Assembly (NCBI RefSeq): GCF_000341395.1
Contig: NC_020304.1
Location: 1,950,001-1,982,000, forward strand
From: Desulfocapsa sulfexigens DSM 10523
GTDB taxonomy: Bacteria > Desulfobacterota > Desulfobulbia > Desulfobulbales > Desulfocapsaceae
Reading direction: 5' to 3'
Length of the DNA stretch: 32,000 nucleotides
The stretch's first letter is position 1. Each line of letters begins with the position of its first letter. Made by a program: the position numbers and the translations under genes. This document shows, piece after piece, positions 1-9,861 of this stretch. Below the pieces are notes generated by a model that did not search any database, had not been told where the DNA came from, and was given only the letters and a program-made list of their open reading frames with translations.

Positions 1-819
1 AAGTAAAAATGCTCCCTTAATAGAAGCGGTATCACTCTTATCCATTCTAGCCGCCACCTGTCCCTGCAGGTAGCGCCTGTTGCCTAATCCGGTCAAAGCA
101 TCACTATAGGCATTTTTCCTCAATCTGTTCGCCACCCGCGCCTGTTCATCGAACATCTTTTTCACTTTAGCGGTCATGCTATTCATCGCAACAACAACCC
201 GTCGCAGTTCACGGGTTCTCGGGAGCTTCTCTTGGAATGTGTACTGTTTTTTGCAGAGGGCCTCTGCCTGCTGTTCAACCCGCCGTAAAGGCTTGAGCAG
301 GGCTCGCAAGCCAAGGGCGCCCAGCACTATCACAATAACACCTGTAACGCCAAAAATTTTTGTCATATTACAGATGGCTTCCCAGAGTGTTTTATAGGCA
401 TACCCCGGGTGACTTTCCACATAGAGACTGCCTCTCTGTGTCCATCCTGCAGTTAGCAGTGTACTGGCACCTGGAGTTTTTAAGGGGACAGCTCTTATAA
501 ACCAGGCCGGAACATCGTTGATAATGACCTTAAGGGTTCTATCTATATGGACTGTATCATCCAGGTCAGTGAGCCGAATTGTACGATAATACCCACGATC
601 AAAAACAACATTGATCATGGTTTCGATTGTAGCCATATCGTTCTCAGCAATATAGGGGGTGATCGATAATCCTAGAGAGGTTGCTGTATCCTGGGCATGG
701 GATTCGAGCTGGTCTTCAAGAAAAGAACGTGTACCCTGGAGTTTGATGATCCATGTACAGGTGAAAAGAACAAAAAAGAGTACTAATGTAAATATGAGCA
801 GTTGTCTGTAAAGTGTCAT
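1..819 (-). CDS. lapD: LapD/MoxY N-terminal-type periplasmic domain + HAMP + start of GGDEF domain, c-di-GMP receptor/signalling protein (partial, C-terminus beyond the window)
   Basis: Open reverse frame from ATG (817-819) to the window edge, not in the ORF track because it is truncated. My translation begins MTLYRQLLIFTLVLFFVLFTCTWIIKLQGTRSFLEDQLESHAQDTATSLGLSITPYIAENDMATIETMINVVFDRGYY and later reads DALTGLGNRRYLQGQV, the start of a GGDEF domain. It lies 15 nt downstream of lapG. Confidence 0.85.
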   Translation of the reverse strand, partial: MTLYRQLLIFTLVLFFVLFTCTWIIKLQGTRSFLEDQLESHAQDTATSLGLSITPYIAENDMATIETMINVVFDRGYYRTIRLTDLDDTVHIDRTLKVIINDVPAWFIRAVPLKTPGASTLLTAGWTQRGSLYVESHPGYAYKTLWEAICNMTKIFGVTGVIVIVLGALGLRALLKPLRRVEQQAEALCKKQYTFQEKLPRTRELRRVVVAMNSMTAKVKKMFDEQARVANRLRKNAYSDALTGLGNRRYLQGQVAARMDKSDTASIKGAFLL

Positions 820-834
820 ACACCGAACCTCACG

Positions 835-1701
835 TTATTGTATACTGGCAGGCATTCTCTCAAGCAGGTCATTCCATAATTTGAGTCTGTCACTTTTTCC
901 CACCAGGTCACCTCTGCCTCGCTCTTTTGCCAGCCACAGTCCAGCACCATTGAAACTGTATACAGGAAGCAGGTCTGATCTTTGTGTTGCTGGCTTAATG
1001 GCATTGATAAGATTATCGAGAACCAAAGGCACAGCAGTGGGTGTTTTATAATAGGTAAGCACCATATGACTTTGATTTAATTTCCAGGCCTTAACATACG
1101 TCAGGGTAAGTTTTTTCTCAGGAACCCCCAACATCTTCAGAGTAAAATATTTTGAAAGGGCAAAATCTTCGCAGTCGCCGCCATCACTTGCAAGAAACTC
1201 TACCGGAGTGGCCCAATAATCTTTTTTTGACCAATGTATTGCATCACTGACAAAATTGAGTTGATTAAAGAATCTGTTTACTTTTTCCAGCTTTTCAATA
1301 TCGGTACGACTCGTATCTTCACGGACAAACTGCTGCCAGGCCAGAAGTCTTTTTCTTGCATCAACACCATATTTATCCTCAGCAGTATCGAGTAAAGATG
1401 AATCAAGTGTGAAAATTTCGTTGGCTGAGGCAATCTGGCCTGCAAAAAAAAAGAGTAAGAACACAAATGCGAAGGGTAGTAGAGTGTTGTTGGCAAATTT
1501 GAGGACGGAGCTACTGCGGGAAAGGACTAGTTGAATAATTGTTAATGGTGCGTTAACGGAATTTAATACAATTGCGCCATATCGATTGCTGGATCGGCTC
1601 TGCAACAAACCGTTGCCATCAATCATGAGTAAATCCCTGAAGTATAACGGGATACAATAAATACGGTCCTCAAACTGGCCATCCATTGTATCCCGCTTCA
1701 A
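835..1701 (-). CDS. lapG: LapG-type transglutaminase-like periplasmic cysteine protease (BTLCP family)
   Basis: Motifs GGDCEDFALSKYFTLKMLG (Cys), NQSHMVLTYY (His) and VLDNL (Asp) fit a LapG catalytic triad; hydrophobic signal-like segment LLPFAFVFLLFFFAGQIASA. The exact start is uncertain (several in-frame ATGs). Confidence 0.85.
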   Translation of the reverse strand: MKRDTMDGQFEDRIYCIPLYFRDLLMIDGNGLLQSRSSNRYGAIVLNSVNAPLTIIQLVLSRSSSVLKFANNTLLPFAFVFLLFFFAGQIASANEIFTLDSSLLDTAEDKYGVDARKRLLAWQQFVREDTSRTDIEKLEKVNRFFNQLNFVSDAIHWSKKDYWATPVEFLASDGGDCEDFALSKYFTLKMLGVPEKKLTLTYVKAWKLNQSHMVLTYYKTPTAVPLVLDNLINAIKPATQRSDLLPVYSFNGAGLWLAKERGRGDLVGKSDRLKLWNDLLERMPASIQ

Positions 1702-1721
1702 TCCAAAAAATCTTTTTTATC

Positions 1722-3056
1722 TTATTGCTTTTCTGATACAACAAGAGGGCCAATAGATACCTGACTCTCTTCTGGCCACTCCTTATCAAAAGACTTAACC
1801 AGTTGTCCCAAACCATTCAAAATACGGTATTGGGCGTACAATCCATCATATCTGGCTTCAACCAGAGCTCGTTTGGCGTCAATGACCTCGGCCTCACTAT
1901 CAAGAACATCAAGTAAAGTCCGTTTGCCAAGATTAAATTGTTTGGTATATGCATCAGCAGTACCGGTGGCAAAATCGACTCGTTGCTCCAGATAGTTAAT
2001 CTGATCCTTGGCGGCTTGGTAGGCCATCCATGAAAGCTTCATGGACTGAACTACCTGCCTGTGAGTATTATTCCTTATTTCTCGTGCTTCACTTACAAGT
2101 TCGACGGTCTCAGCCCGACGTGCCTCATCCTTAAATCCACGGAAAAAGTTATAGCGAAGTTTGATCATTGCCGTAAGGGAATCCATCTTCCCTTCGGTAG
2201 CAGAAGTATAATCATTTTCCCAGGTCTGATCGACTTCCAGGTCAATAATGGGCCAATAAGGCGCCTTTGCTACTTCATATTGCTTTTCTCTGGCTTCAAG
2301 ATCGGCTCCCGCAGATTTCAATGTTGGATGCATTTTTATCGCTTCGGATTCCGCATCCTCAAGGGTGGCAGGTATCAGACTCTCCGGGGATACTGGTTCT
2401 TGCAGATCAGTCGGAAGATGGCCAACGACAGCAAAGAAATTGGTTTGGGCATCAAGCACGTTTGTTTTTGTTGCAACGACATTTGCCTGAGCCAGAGCAA
2501 GGCGACCAGAAACCTGATCACTGTCTGACTTACTGGCAACACCGGATTCGCTTCGCAGATTAATCTGATCAGCAATGCGTACATGGGTGTCAAGATTTTC
2601 CTGGGACAGGCGCTCGAGTTCTTGTTGTCGAAGGACATTTAAATATACTTCTGTCGTTCTCAATGCCATATTTTCAGAGGCACCCTGAAGGCTATAAGCT
2701 TGAGATCGCACACGTGCCTCTTGACGCTCTACTTCATTTATGGTCGCTAAACCAGTAAAAATATTTTGTCTCAAACTGAGAGTATACTGTTCGGGATTAC
2801 CAGTGTCACTCTCAGGTTCCTGGTAGTCTGCGACACCGACTCCTGCAATAAAATTAAGTTCTGGTAAATATCCTGATCTTGCCTGTTTTACTTCTTGATC
2901 ACGACCAAGCCGATTATGGGCCATGGATCTGATTTCAGGGTTTGTTTGAAGCATTGTGTCTATGGCATCCTGCAGTGTTTCTGCAGGGAGAGAGCTTCCA
3001 TCAAATAATAAAACTCCACCAATGAGCGTCGAACTCAATAATTTAGTGACCTTCAT
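1722..3056 (-). CDS. TolC-family outer membrane efflux / type I secretion protein (LapE-like)
   Basis: N-terminal signal peptide, TNPEIRSMAHNRLGRDQEVKQARSGYLPELN, and tandem outer-membrane efflux domains. Start chosen at ATG 3056 because GGGAGGAAT lies just upstream; the ORF track extends to 3077. Confidence 0.85.
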   Translation of the reverse strand: MKVTKLLSSTLIGGVLLFDGSSLPAETLQDAIDTMLQTNPEIRSMAHNRLGRDQEVKQARSGYLPELNFIAGVGVADYQEPESDTGNPEQYTLSLRQNIFTGLATINEVERQEARVRSQAYSLQGASENMALRTTEVYLNVLRQQELERLSQENLDTHVRIADQINLRSESGVASKSDSDQVSGRLALAQANVVATKTNVLDAQTNFFAVVGHLPTDLQEPVSPESLIPATLEDAESEAIKMHPTLKSAGADLEAREKQYEVAKAPYWPIIDLEVDQTWENDYTSATEGKMDSLTAMIKLRYNFFRGFKDEARRAETVELVSEAREIRNNTHRQVVQSMKLSWMAYQAAKDQINYLEQRVDFATGTADAYTKQFNLGKRTLLDVLDSEAEVIDAKRALVEARYDGLYAQYRILNGLGQLVKSFDKEWPEESQVSIGPLVVSEKQ

Positions 3057-3661
3057 CGTATTATTCCTCCCTATCAATTAAGAATAAATGTGTAAGTACT
3101 GTTCTGTGAAAACTCCCCGCTCCTCTAGTCTTTCACATTTATACAAAAAGGTCAAAGCAAAAGGGGCAAACTGAAAAGAATTGGTGACTATCAAGCATAC
3201 TCAGATAAACGTAATATCAGCTAATTACTCTTCGGCCATAAAGTCAGGGGATATCAAACAGTAGGCGTATGCCCTCCCCCCTGGAAAATTTTTCGTAAGC
3301 TCGGCCTGCTTGGCACTCTAACAAGCTTCATGATGGCTCAGAAGATCGGTTGTTGTCTGTTCTGTTGGATTGGCAGAGCGTCTTACCAAGGAAATAAGAA
3401 AACTGCCTTATCAAAAAAAAATATTTATTCTATCCCGATAGCGTTTTACTCCCTATGTTGTCGTTTTCTCAACTATATGTGTCTCGACTAGGTAAATATA
3501 CCTAGAAAAGAATGCGTATTTCCCTCAATTGTTTTTTTGTTTCGGCTGTGGTCTCTAAAGAAACGAAAACTGAGTTGCCATTCAGTGAAGGATCCTGTCA
3601 TTTAGTGGCCTGTGGGAAATTGAATGTGCCGGACCGGAAGAAATGAAAAAGGGGAGAGGAT

Positions 3662-3934
3662 ATGAATAAGGCAGAGCTTGTGGCGTCGGTTGCAGAGACA
3701 GCAGGAACCACTAAGGTGAAGGCGGAAATGGTTTTAAATGGCGTTCTGGAGAAATTGGTGGAAACAATGAAGGATGGTGAAAAGGTCAGTCTGTTGGGTT
3801 TTGGGACATTTAGTGTTGTTGAACGTGTGCAGAAGAAAGGACGTAACCCTCAGACTGGTAAGGATATTGTCATTCCAGCGCACAACGCTGTTAAGTTTAA
3901 ACCAGGAAAAACTCTGTATGGCAGAGTTCAGTAG
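3662..3934 (+). CDS. hup: HU-family DNA-binding protein
   Basis: MNKAELVASVAETAGTTKVKAEMVLNGVLEKL...VSLLGFGTFSVVERVQKKGRNPQTGKDIVIPAHNAVKFKPGKTL is the full-length HU/IHF signature. Confidence 0.95.
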   Translation: MNKAELVASVAETAGTTKVKAEMVLNGVLEKLVETMKDGEKVSLLGFGTFSVVERVQKKGRNPQTGKDIVIPAHNAVKFKPGKTLYGRVQ

Positions 3935-3955
3935 CTCAAAAGCTTTATCGGTACC

Positions 3956-4009
3956 CCATCAGCGTCCGATCAGGTCACTGAACAAGATGACCTGATCGGA
4001 TGCTGGTGG
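3956..4009. repeat. Long near-perfect inverted repeat/hairpin downstream of the HU gene
   Basis: TCCGATCAGGTCA (3965-3977) - ctgaacaaga - TGACCTGATCGGA (3988-4000) is a perfect 13-bp stem. It extends outward to ~22 bp with G-U pairs (ccatcagcg / tgctggtgg). No adjacent T-tract on either strand. Confidence 0.8.
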
Positions 4010-4118
4010 AGTACGGAGTTTACGTTTATTTGCTAAATCCTCTCAGCGTTGATTGTTAAAGGGATAAAAAGTTCTTTGGGTCAGAGGTAGGTCGGCTAGA
4101 ACGTAGTAAGTCCCAACC

Positions 4119-4922
4119 CTATTTCTGTGTGTACTGATTTATTCGTATTTTCCATAGAATAATTCCGCCAAGCACCATCAATCCACTAAGAAGTTGTCCA
4201 CGTGTTATCACCCCAAACATAAATCCAATGTGCTGGTCTGGTTCGCGGAACAGCTCTACGAAAATCCGTAAGCAACCATAGCCTACAAGAAAGAAACTGA
4301 GCATACTTCCGTGTGGCCAGTTCCTGTTTTTTTTCCATGGACGGTCTTTGAAAAACCACAGGATTGCAAAAAGAAGAAACCCCTCAAGCATCATTTGGTA
4401 GAGTTGGGAAGGGTGCCGTGGCAGCGGACCACCACCTGGAAACACCATGGCCCATGGAACCGTTGTCGTTCGGCCGAATAATTCACCATTGATAAAGTTT
4501 CCAAAACGGCCAAGAGCAAAACCAATTGGCATTGTTACCACATAGAGATCGGCACAGGTCCAGAAATCAAGTTTGTTCTTTTTAGTGTACAGGTAACCAC
4601 CGGCAAGGCATCCAATACAGGCACCATGGAAGGACATTCCCCCGGTCCATGTTGCAGGGATTTCGAGCGGGTGTTGTATGTAGTAGGAAAAGTTGTAAAA
4701 GAGCACATATCCCAGGCGTCCGCCGACAACCACGGAAAGGATAAGAATAAGGTTGAGGTTTTCGAAATAGGGTTCGAGTGCCTTGTAGGAAAAGTCCCGG
4801 ATCTGTTTCAGGACAAGGAAGTAAGTGGCTGTAAAGCCAAGGACATACATAAGGCCGTACCAGCGAACCTGTAACGGGCCTATTCCAAAGATAACAGGAT
4901 CAATGTCCGGAAAAGTCATCAT
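4119..4922 (-). CDS. lgt: Prolipoprotein diacylglyceryl transferase
   Basis: [53 protein letters not shown] and [12 protein letters not shown] are Lgt signatures. Confidence 0.95.
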   Translation of the reverse strand: MMTFPDIDPVIFGIGPLQVRWYGLMYVLGFTATYFLVLKQIRDFSYKALEPYFENLNLILILSVVVGGRLGYVLFYNFSYYIQHPLEIPATWTGGMSFHGACIGCLAGGYLYTKKNKLDFWTCADLYVVTMPIGFALGRFGNFINGELFGRTTTVPWAMVFPGGGPLPRHPSQLYQMMLEGFLLFAILWFFKDRPWKKNRNWPHGSMLSFFLVGYGCLRIFVELFREPDQHIGFMFGVITRGQLLSGLMVLGGIILWKIRINQYTQK

Positions 4923-6817
4923 CTGTTTTCCCGCCCCTGGAGCTTTTTCAGGTGAACCTGAAGGACGGAGATTGCGGCGGGGGTAACTCCGGAAATTCGT
5001 GATGCCTGTCCCAGTGAAAGGGGGCGCACTTTTCCTAGTTTCTCAACTACTTCATTGGAAAGGCCGGAGAGTGTTTTGTAATCAATGTCTTCCGGAAGTG
5101 CTGATTCCTCCATCTTTTTAAAACGGACAACCTGCTCTTCCTGACGTTTCAGGTAGCCCTGAAATTTGACCTTGAGTTGGATTTCATCGTGCACAGATGA
5201 CTCTATCAGGCGTTTAACTGCGTCCTGGGCTTCGGGTGGAATCGTGGGGAGCCTGCTGATCTTGGCAAGCGTTAATTCTGGTCTGCGCAAAAGTTCAGAC
5301 AGTTTACATTTCTGTTTCAGGGGGACGGTTCCCTCTGCAGTGAGAAGTGCATTGGTGGGCTCGTCTGGTTTGACCTGGGTTGATTCAAGCAGAGCCACGC
5401 CCTTATCAAGGGCTGCCTGTTTACTCAAAAACTGTTGAAACTCTTCTTCCTGTAACAGTCCGATGCTATGGCCAATTTCGCAGAGCCTGCTGTCAGCGTT
5501 GTCTTCTCGAAGCAGGAGGCGGTACTCTGCCCGTGAAGTGAAGAGCCGGTAGGGCTCTTTTGTGCCACAGGTAACAAGGTCATCAATGAGAACACCAATA
5601 TAAGCCTGGGCACGGCTGAGAATAAGGGGCTCCCGGCCACGTATCAGATGAACTGCATTGATAGCAGCCATCAGGCCCTGAGCTGCCGCTTCTTCATATC
5701 CTGAGGTACCGTTGATCTGTCCGGCCAGAAAGAGGCTGGATACTCGTTTTGTCTCCAGGTTTGGTTTCAGCTCCAGTGGGTCAATATAGTCATATTCAAT
5801 GGCGTATCCCGGTCGTACGATAGTTGCTTTTTCCAATCCTTTAATGGAGTGGAGCATGGCGAGCTGGGTGGAAAGTGGCAGGCTTGTTGGCAGGCCGTTT
5901 GGGTAGACCTCTGTGGTATCCAGTCCTTCAGGTTCCAGAAAAACCTGATGTCTGTCTTTTTCTGGAAAACGCATCACCTTGTCTTCAATGGAGGGACAAT
6001 ATCTAGCACCGATCCCTTCTATGATTCCAGCATACATAGGGGATTGGTCAATACCCGCTCTGATTGCCGCATGTGTTTCCAGGTTGGTATAGGTGATGTG
6101 GCAGGGGCGTTGTGGAAGTGTATATTTCCCCTTGCTTGAAAAGGAAAAAAAGGCTGGTGGTTGATCGGAATGCTGTTCTTCGAGTTCCGAATAGTCGATG
6201 GTTCTGGCATCAATCCGCGGTACAGTTCCCGTTTTCATCCGTCCCATGTTGAACCCAGCCTCATGGAACCATTTTGAAAGATTAGTAGAGGGTGGATCGC
6301 CCATGCGTCCTGCCGGAAAATTTTTTAGACCAATATGAGTGAGGCCGTTGAGAAAGGTTCCGGTGGCAACGATAACTGCCTTGAGCGCAATTTCTTCATC
6401 AAGAGTTGTTCGTAAGCCACAGATTCGGCCATCTTTGGTAATGAGAGAATCGACCTCTGCCTGTTTGATCTCAAGATTTTCCTGAGATTCCATCACCGAT
6501 TTCATGCGTAGCCGATAGAGAAGGCGGTCGGCTTGGGCGCGAGAGGAACGAACGGCAGGACCTTTGCTGGTGTTAAGTCTGCGGAACTGGATTGAGGTAG
6601 CGTCAATGTTTTTTGCCATTTCACCGCCAAGGGCATCTATTTCCCGGACCAGATGGCCCTTTGCCAGACCGCCAATGGCAGGATTGCAGGACATGGCCCC
6701 TATGGTGTCTATATTTATGACGAGCACCAGCGTTTTGCAGCCCATTCTGGCGGCAGCAAGAGCTGCCTCACAACCGGCATGACCGGCTCCAATGACTGCT
6801 ATATCATATGATTCCAT
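4919..6817 (-). CDS. mnmG: tRNA uridine-5-carboxymethylaminomethyl(34) synthesis enzyme MnmG
   Basis: [76 protein letters not shown] and [27 protein letters not shown]; 632 aa. Confidence 0.97.
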   Translation of the reverse strand: MESYDIAVIGAGHAGCEAALAAARMGCKTLVLVINIDTIGAMSCNPAIGGLAKGHLVREIDALGGEMAKNIDATSIQFRRLNTSKGPAVRSSRAQADRLLYRLRMKSVMESQENLEIKQAEVDSLITKDGRICGLRTTLDEEIALKAVIVATGTFLNGLTHIGLKNFPAGRMGDPPSTNLSKWFHEAGFNMGRMKTGTVPRIDARTIDYSELEEQHSDQPPAFFSFSSKGKYTLPQRPCHITYTNLETHAAIRAGIDQSPMYAGIIEGIGARYCPSIEDKVMRFPEKDRHQVFLEPEGLDTTEVYPNGLPTSLPLSTQLAMLHSIKGLEKATIVRPGYAIEYDYIDPLELKPNLETKRVSSLFLAGQINGTSGYEEAAAQGLMAAINAVHLIRGREPLILSRAQAYIGVLIDDLVTCGTKEPYRLFTSRAEYRLLLREDNADSRLCEIGHSIGLLQEEEFQQFLSKQAALDKGVALLESTQVKPDEPTNALLTAEGTVPLKQKCKLSELLRRPELTLAKISRLPTIPPEAQDAVKRLIESSVHDEIQLKVKFQGYLKRQEEQVVRFKKMEESALPEDIDYKTLSGLSNEVVEKLGKVRPLSLGQASRISGVTPAAISVLQVHLKKLQGRENR

Positions 6818-6995
6818 GAGTGTTGACTATTGTTTAAGAGTTGTTGTATTGGTATGTTACCTTTATTCGTCATGTGGCGGATATGAATAATGGTCGTAAA
6901 TTTTACTAGTATTCACTAGAATAACAGGCTAACCGTACCTGCGCAACCTGTACAATTATGCAATCTCTATTCTCCCCCTCTTTAGGGATATAATT

Positions 6996-8396
6996 ATGTT
7001 TGGAAAAAAAAATACACCTTCAGAAAGTATTCTGATTTTGGGCCTTGGCGGGATTGGTTTGTATCTCGCCAAGCGTCTGGTCCATGAAGGCTATGCCGTA
7101 ACAATTATTGAGGCCAGTAGTCAACTTATCAGTCGGGCTGATGAGAGTCTTGATGCACGTCTCATTACAGGTTCTGCAATGTCTATCGAATGCTGGAAAG
7201 AAGCCAATGCAGAGAGTATGGATTTTATGATTGCCGTTACCGATAACGATGCGGTAAACATGCTCTCCGCCATGATAGCGCATGGTTTCGGTATCGAACA
7301 GAAGATTTCAAGGGTACGTTCACTGGAATATGGTCAAAAGGACTCTTTGTTACAAGCAGATGATTTGAAGGTAGATCTTTTTATTCACCCTGAAGAGCTG
7401 GCAGCCCAGGAAATTGTTCGTTTGATTAAACGTACGGCAGGGGATGAGATTATCGATGTAGCCCTTGGAAAAATGCAGGCCATGGCGGTGCAAGTTGACG
7501 ATGATTCGCAGTTTGCCCATAAGACACTTATTGAAATTGCGCGAGCATATAATGATATTGCCTTCCGGGTTGTGGCGATTGCCAGGGGAATAAGCACTAT
7601 TATTCCCACGGGTAAAACTGAAGTTCTGCCTCATGACCAGATACTGATCATGGCGGGTACTGAAGAATTGCCTCGTTTAATGGAGTTGACAGGTATAAAA
7701 AAACAGCATCGTTTACGGGTGATGATTGTCGGTGGAGGGCTGGTTGGAAGCAGAATTGCACAGCTTCTTGGGAAGACCGTTCGGGTAAAGCTCCTTGAAA
7801 AGGATAAAGAACGGGCCACCGAACTGGCGTCCCTGTTACCGGATACTGAAATACTGCTTGGTGATGGTTCCGATAAGGATGTTTTGAGCGCTGGAGGCCT
7901 GGCCGACATGGACACATTTATCTCGGCAACAGGAGAGAACGAAACCAATATCATGACCTGTATGTTGGTAAAGCATATTGTTGAGAATCAAGGGACGACC
8001 CAGCATAAAATAAAAACGATTTCTCTGGTAAATAAGGAGGAATATGTGGTTCTGGCTTCAACCAGTGGTTCTGATATTGCCATTAATAAAAAAATTCTTG
8101 CCGGAAATGAGATTTTTACTTTTATTCGCAGAAGTGAAATGCTGTCGGTGTCTCATATGCATGGTTTTGATGCGGAAGTGGTTGATTTGATAGCTGCTCC
8201 GAAATCTACGATTACCAAAAAAACTCTGGCAAACCTTGATGGCAAATTGGCCGAGCATATTATCGTTGGTTCTGTCTTCCGGGATGGCAAATGGGAAACG
8301 GCGGTGGGTGAAACCCAGGTGAATGCCGGAGATCGGGCAATTGTGATCTGTGATTCCCTGTACCTGAAGAACGTTCGCGAGCTCTTTTTGAACTGA
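6996..8396 (+). CDS. trkA: Trk system potassium uptake regulatory protein TrkA (two RCK/TrkA-N domains)
   Basis: Two Rossmann/RCK repeats: ILILGLGGIGLYLAKRLVHEGYAVTIIE and VMIVGGGLVGSRIAQLLGKTVRVKLLEKD...LGDGSDKDVL, plus TrkA-C regions. Confidence 0.92.
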   Translation: MFGKKNTPSESILILGLGGIGLYLAKRLVHEGYAVTIIEASSQLISRADESLDARLITGSAMSIECWKEANAESMDFMIAVTDNDAVNMLSAMIAHGFGIEQKISRVRSLEYGQKDSLLQADDLKVDLFIHPEELAAQEIVRLIKRTAGDEIIDVALGKMQAMAVQVDDDSQFAHKTLIEIARAYNDIAFRVVAIARGISTIIPTGKTEVLPHDQILIMAGTEELPRLMELTGIKKQHRLRVMIVGGGLVGSRIAQLLGKTVRVKLLEKDKERATELASLLPDTEILLGDGSDKDVLSAGGLADMDTFISATGENETNIMTCMLVKHIVENQGTTQHKIKTISLVNKEEYVVLASTSGSDIAINKKILAGNEIFTFIRRSEMLSVSHMHGFDAEVVDLIAAPKSTITKKTLANLDGKLAEHIIVGSVFRDGKWETAVGETQVNAGDRAIVICDSLYLKNVRELFLN

Positions 8397-8399
8397 TAT

Positions 8400-9857
8400 C
8401 TATTTTTCCCAGAACGAGGGGAAAAAGAGAACAAGCGCGGAAAACATCTCCAGCCGTCCCACCAGCATATTCCAGGAAAGAAACCACTTGCCAATGTCTG
8501 AAATGAAGGCAAAATTATGGCTGGGGCCTACGGCTCCAAATCCAGGGCCGATATTCATAAGTGCCGCAATAACCGAACTTATAGCCGAACTGTAGTTCAT
8601 ATTGTCGGTGAGCGTCATGACAAATCCGCCAACCAGAACCATGAAAATGTTGATAATAAAGTAGCAGAGGGCCAGACTGATAATGTCGTCATCAATCGTC
8701 CGGCCATTAAGTCGCAATGAAACAACAGCCATCGGTTGAAAGAAGATTTTCCGGATCGATGCGTACATGTACTTGCAGATGATAACATAGTGGACAACCT
8801 TAATGCCGCTTGTGGTTGATCCGGCGCAGGCGCCAACAAAGCAGACTACGAAAAGGAGCATCTGGGCAGAGTGTGGCCAAAGCTCATAGTCTGCAGTTCC
8901 AAAACCCGTTGTGGTAAGAAGTGAAACAATCTGAAAAGTTCCGTATCGGAGAGCATCGGAAATGTTGTGATAGGTTCCCTTTGTCCATAAAATAAGAGTA
9001 ATGGCTCCACAGAAAAAAAACAGAAAACCAAGGTACCAGCGAAGTTCCGTGTTTATTTTGAGGGCATTAGTATCCCCTCGCAACACTTGATAGATCAAAA
9101 CAAAACTCAAACCGCCGAGAAACATAAAAAGAATAATAATCCAATCAAAATAGGCATTGTTGTAGGCACCTATGCTGGCATTTCTTGTTGAATATCCAGA
9201 GGTCGAAACGGTTCCAAATGCAGTGCAGAGTGAATCAAAAAGGGGCATCCCGCCAAGGGCGAGCAGTATGATCTGGATACAATTCAGCCCAATATAAATC
9301 CACCACAGCATAACCATGGTGTCGCGGTTCCGAGGTTTAAATTTATCTTTAGTGATGACCTGGCCGGGACTCGATTCGGCACGAAAGAGGCGTAGTCCTC
9401 CCATGCCATGGGGAAGAAAAATGATTGCCAGAGTCAGGAAGCCCATGCCGCCGAGGAGGTGGGTCTGGCTTCGCCAGAATAATAAACCATGGGGAACGGC
9501 TTCAATATCATTCAGGATGGTGGCGCCTGTTGTTGTGTAGCCAGAAATCATCTCGAAAAAGGCGTCGGTGAAGGATGGGATAGAGCCGTGAATCATATAC
9601 GGGATGGCAGAGAACGCCGACACAACGACCCAGCCGACCACAGCAATAAAGAATCCATCTTTTATCTGCAGATCATTGTTTTTTCGGAAGGCTATAAAAA
9701 GTGGAATTCCAGCCCCGGTAGTAATAGCAAAAGAATAGAGTAACGGGAGGAGATCGTTTTCCTGATAGAGGATGGAACAGGCAATGGGGAGCGACATGGA
9801 GCAGCCGGTAACGATAAGCAATATTCCGATGACATGGGCTATTGATGCAAAATTCAT
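8400..9857 (-). CDS. trkH: TrkH-family potassium transporter
   Basis: Polytopic 485 aa protein with ISGYTTTGATIL, FGTVSTSGYSTRN, LLTTTGFGTADY and GACAGSTTSGIKVVHY, i.e. TrkH pore/filter repeats. Confidence 0.93.
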   Translation of the reverse strand: MNFASIAHVIGILLIVTGCSMSLPIACSILYQENDLLPLLYSFAITTGAGIPLFIAFRKNNDLQIKDGFFIAVVGWVVVSAFSAIPYMIHGSIPSFTDAFFEMISGYTTTGATILNDIEAVPHGLLFWRSQTHLLGGMGFLTLAIIFLPHGMGGLRLFRAESSPGQVITKDKFKPRNRDTMVMLWWIYIGLNCIQIILLALGGMPLFDSLCTAFGTVSTSGYSTRNASIGAYNNAYFDWIIILFMFLGGLSFVLIYQVLRGDTNALKINTELRWYLGFLFFFCGAITLILWTKGTYHNISDALRYGTFQIVSLLTTTGFGTADYELWPHSAQMLLFVVCFVGACAGSTTSGIKVVHYVIICKYMYASIRKIFFQPMAVVSLRLNGRTIDDDIISLALCYFIINIFMVLVGGFVMTLTDNMNYSSAISSVIAALMNIGPGFGAVGPSHNFAFISDIGKWFLSWNMLVGRLEMFSALVLFFPSFWEK

Positions 9858-9861
9858 GGTA

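Noticed and set aside
816-1004. Small minus-strand ORF of 62 aa
   Set aside because: Out-of-frame shadow of lapG; no domain features.
2061-2638. ORFs 2061-2528, 2267-2563 and 2375-2638 within the TolC-family gene
   Set aside because: Alternate-frame or opposite-strand shadows of a well-supported CDS.
3774-3995. Plus-strand ORF overlapping HU in another frame
   Set aside because: Overlaps the unambiguous HU gene in the wrong frame.
5166-6782. Multiple plus- and minus-strand ORFs inside mnmG
   Set aside because: Shadow ORFs of a long conserved CDS; low-complexity, Ser/Arg-rich composition typical of alternate frames.
7020-8512. Antisense ORFs across trkA and the trkH 3' end (e.g. 7350-7634, 7631-7954, 8153-8512)
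   Set aside because: Opposite-strand shadows of trkA/trkH with no recognisable motifs.
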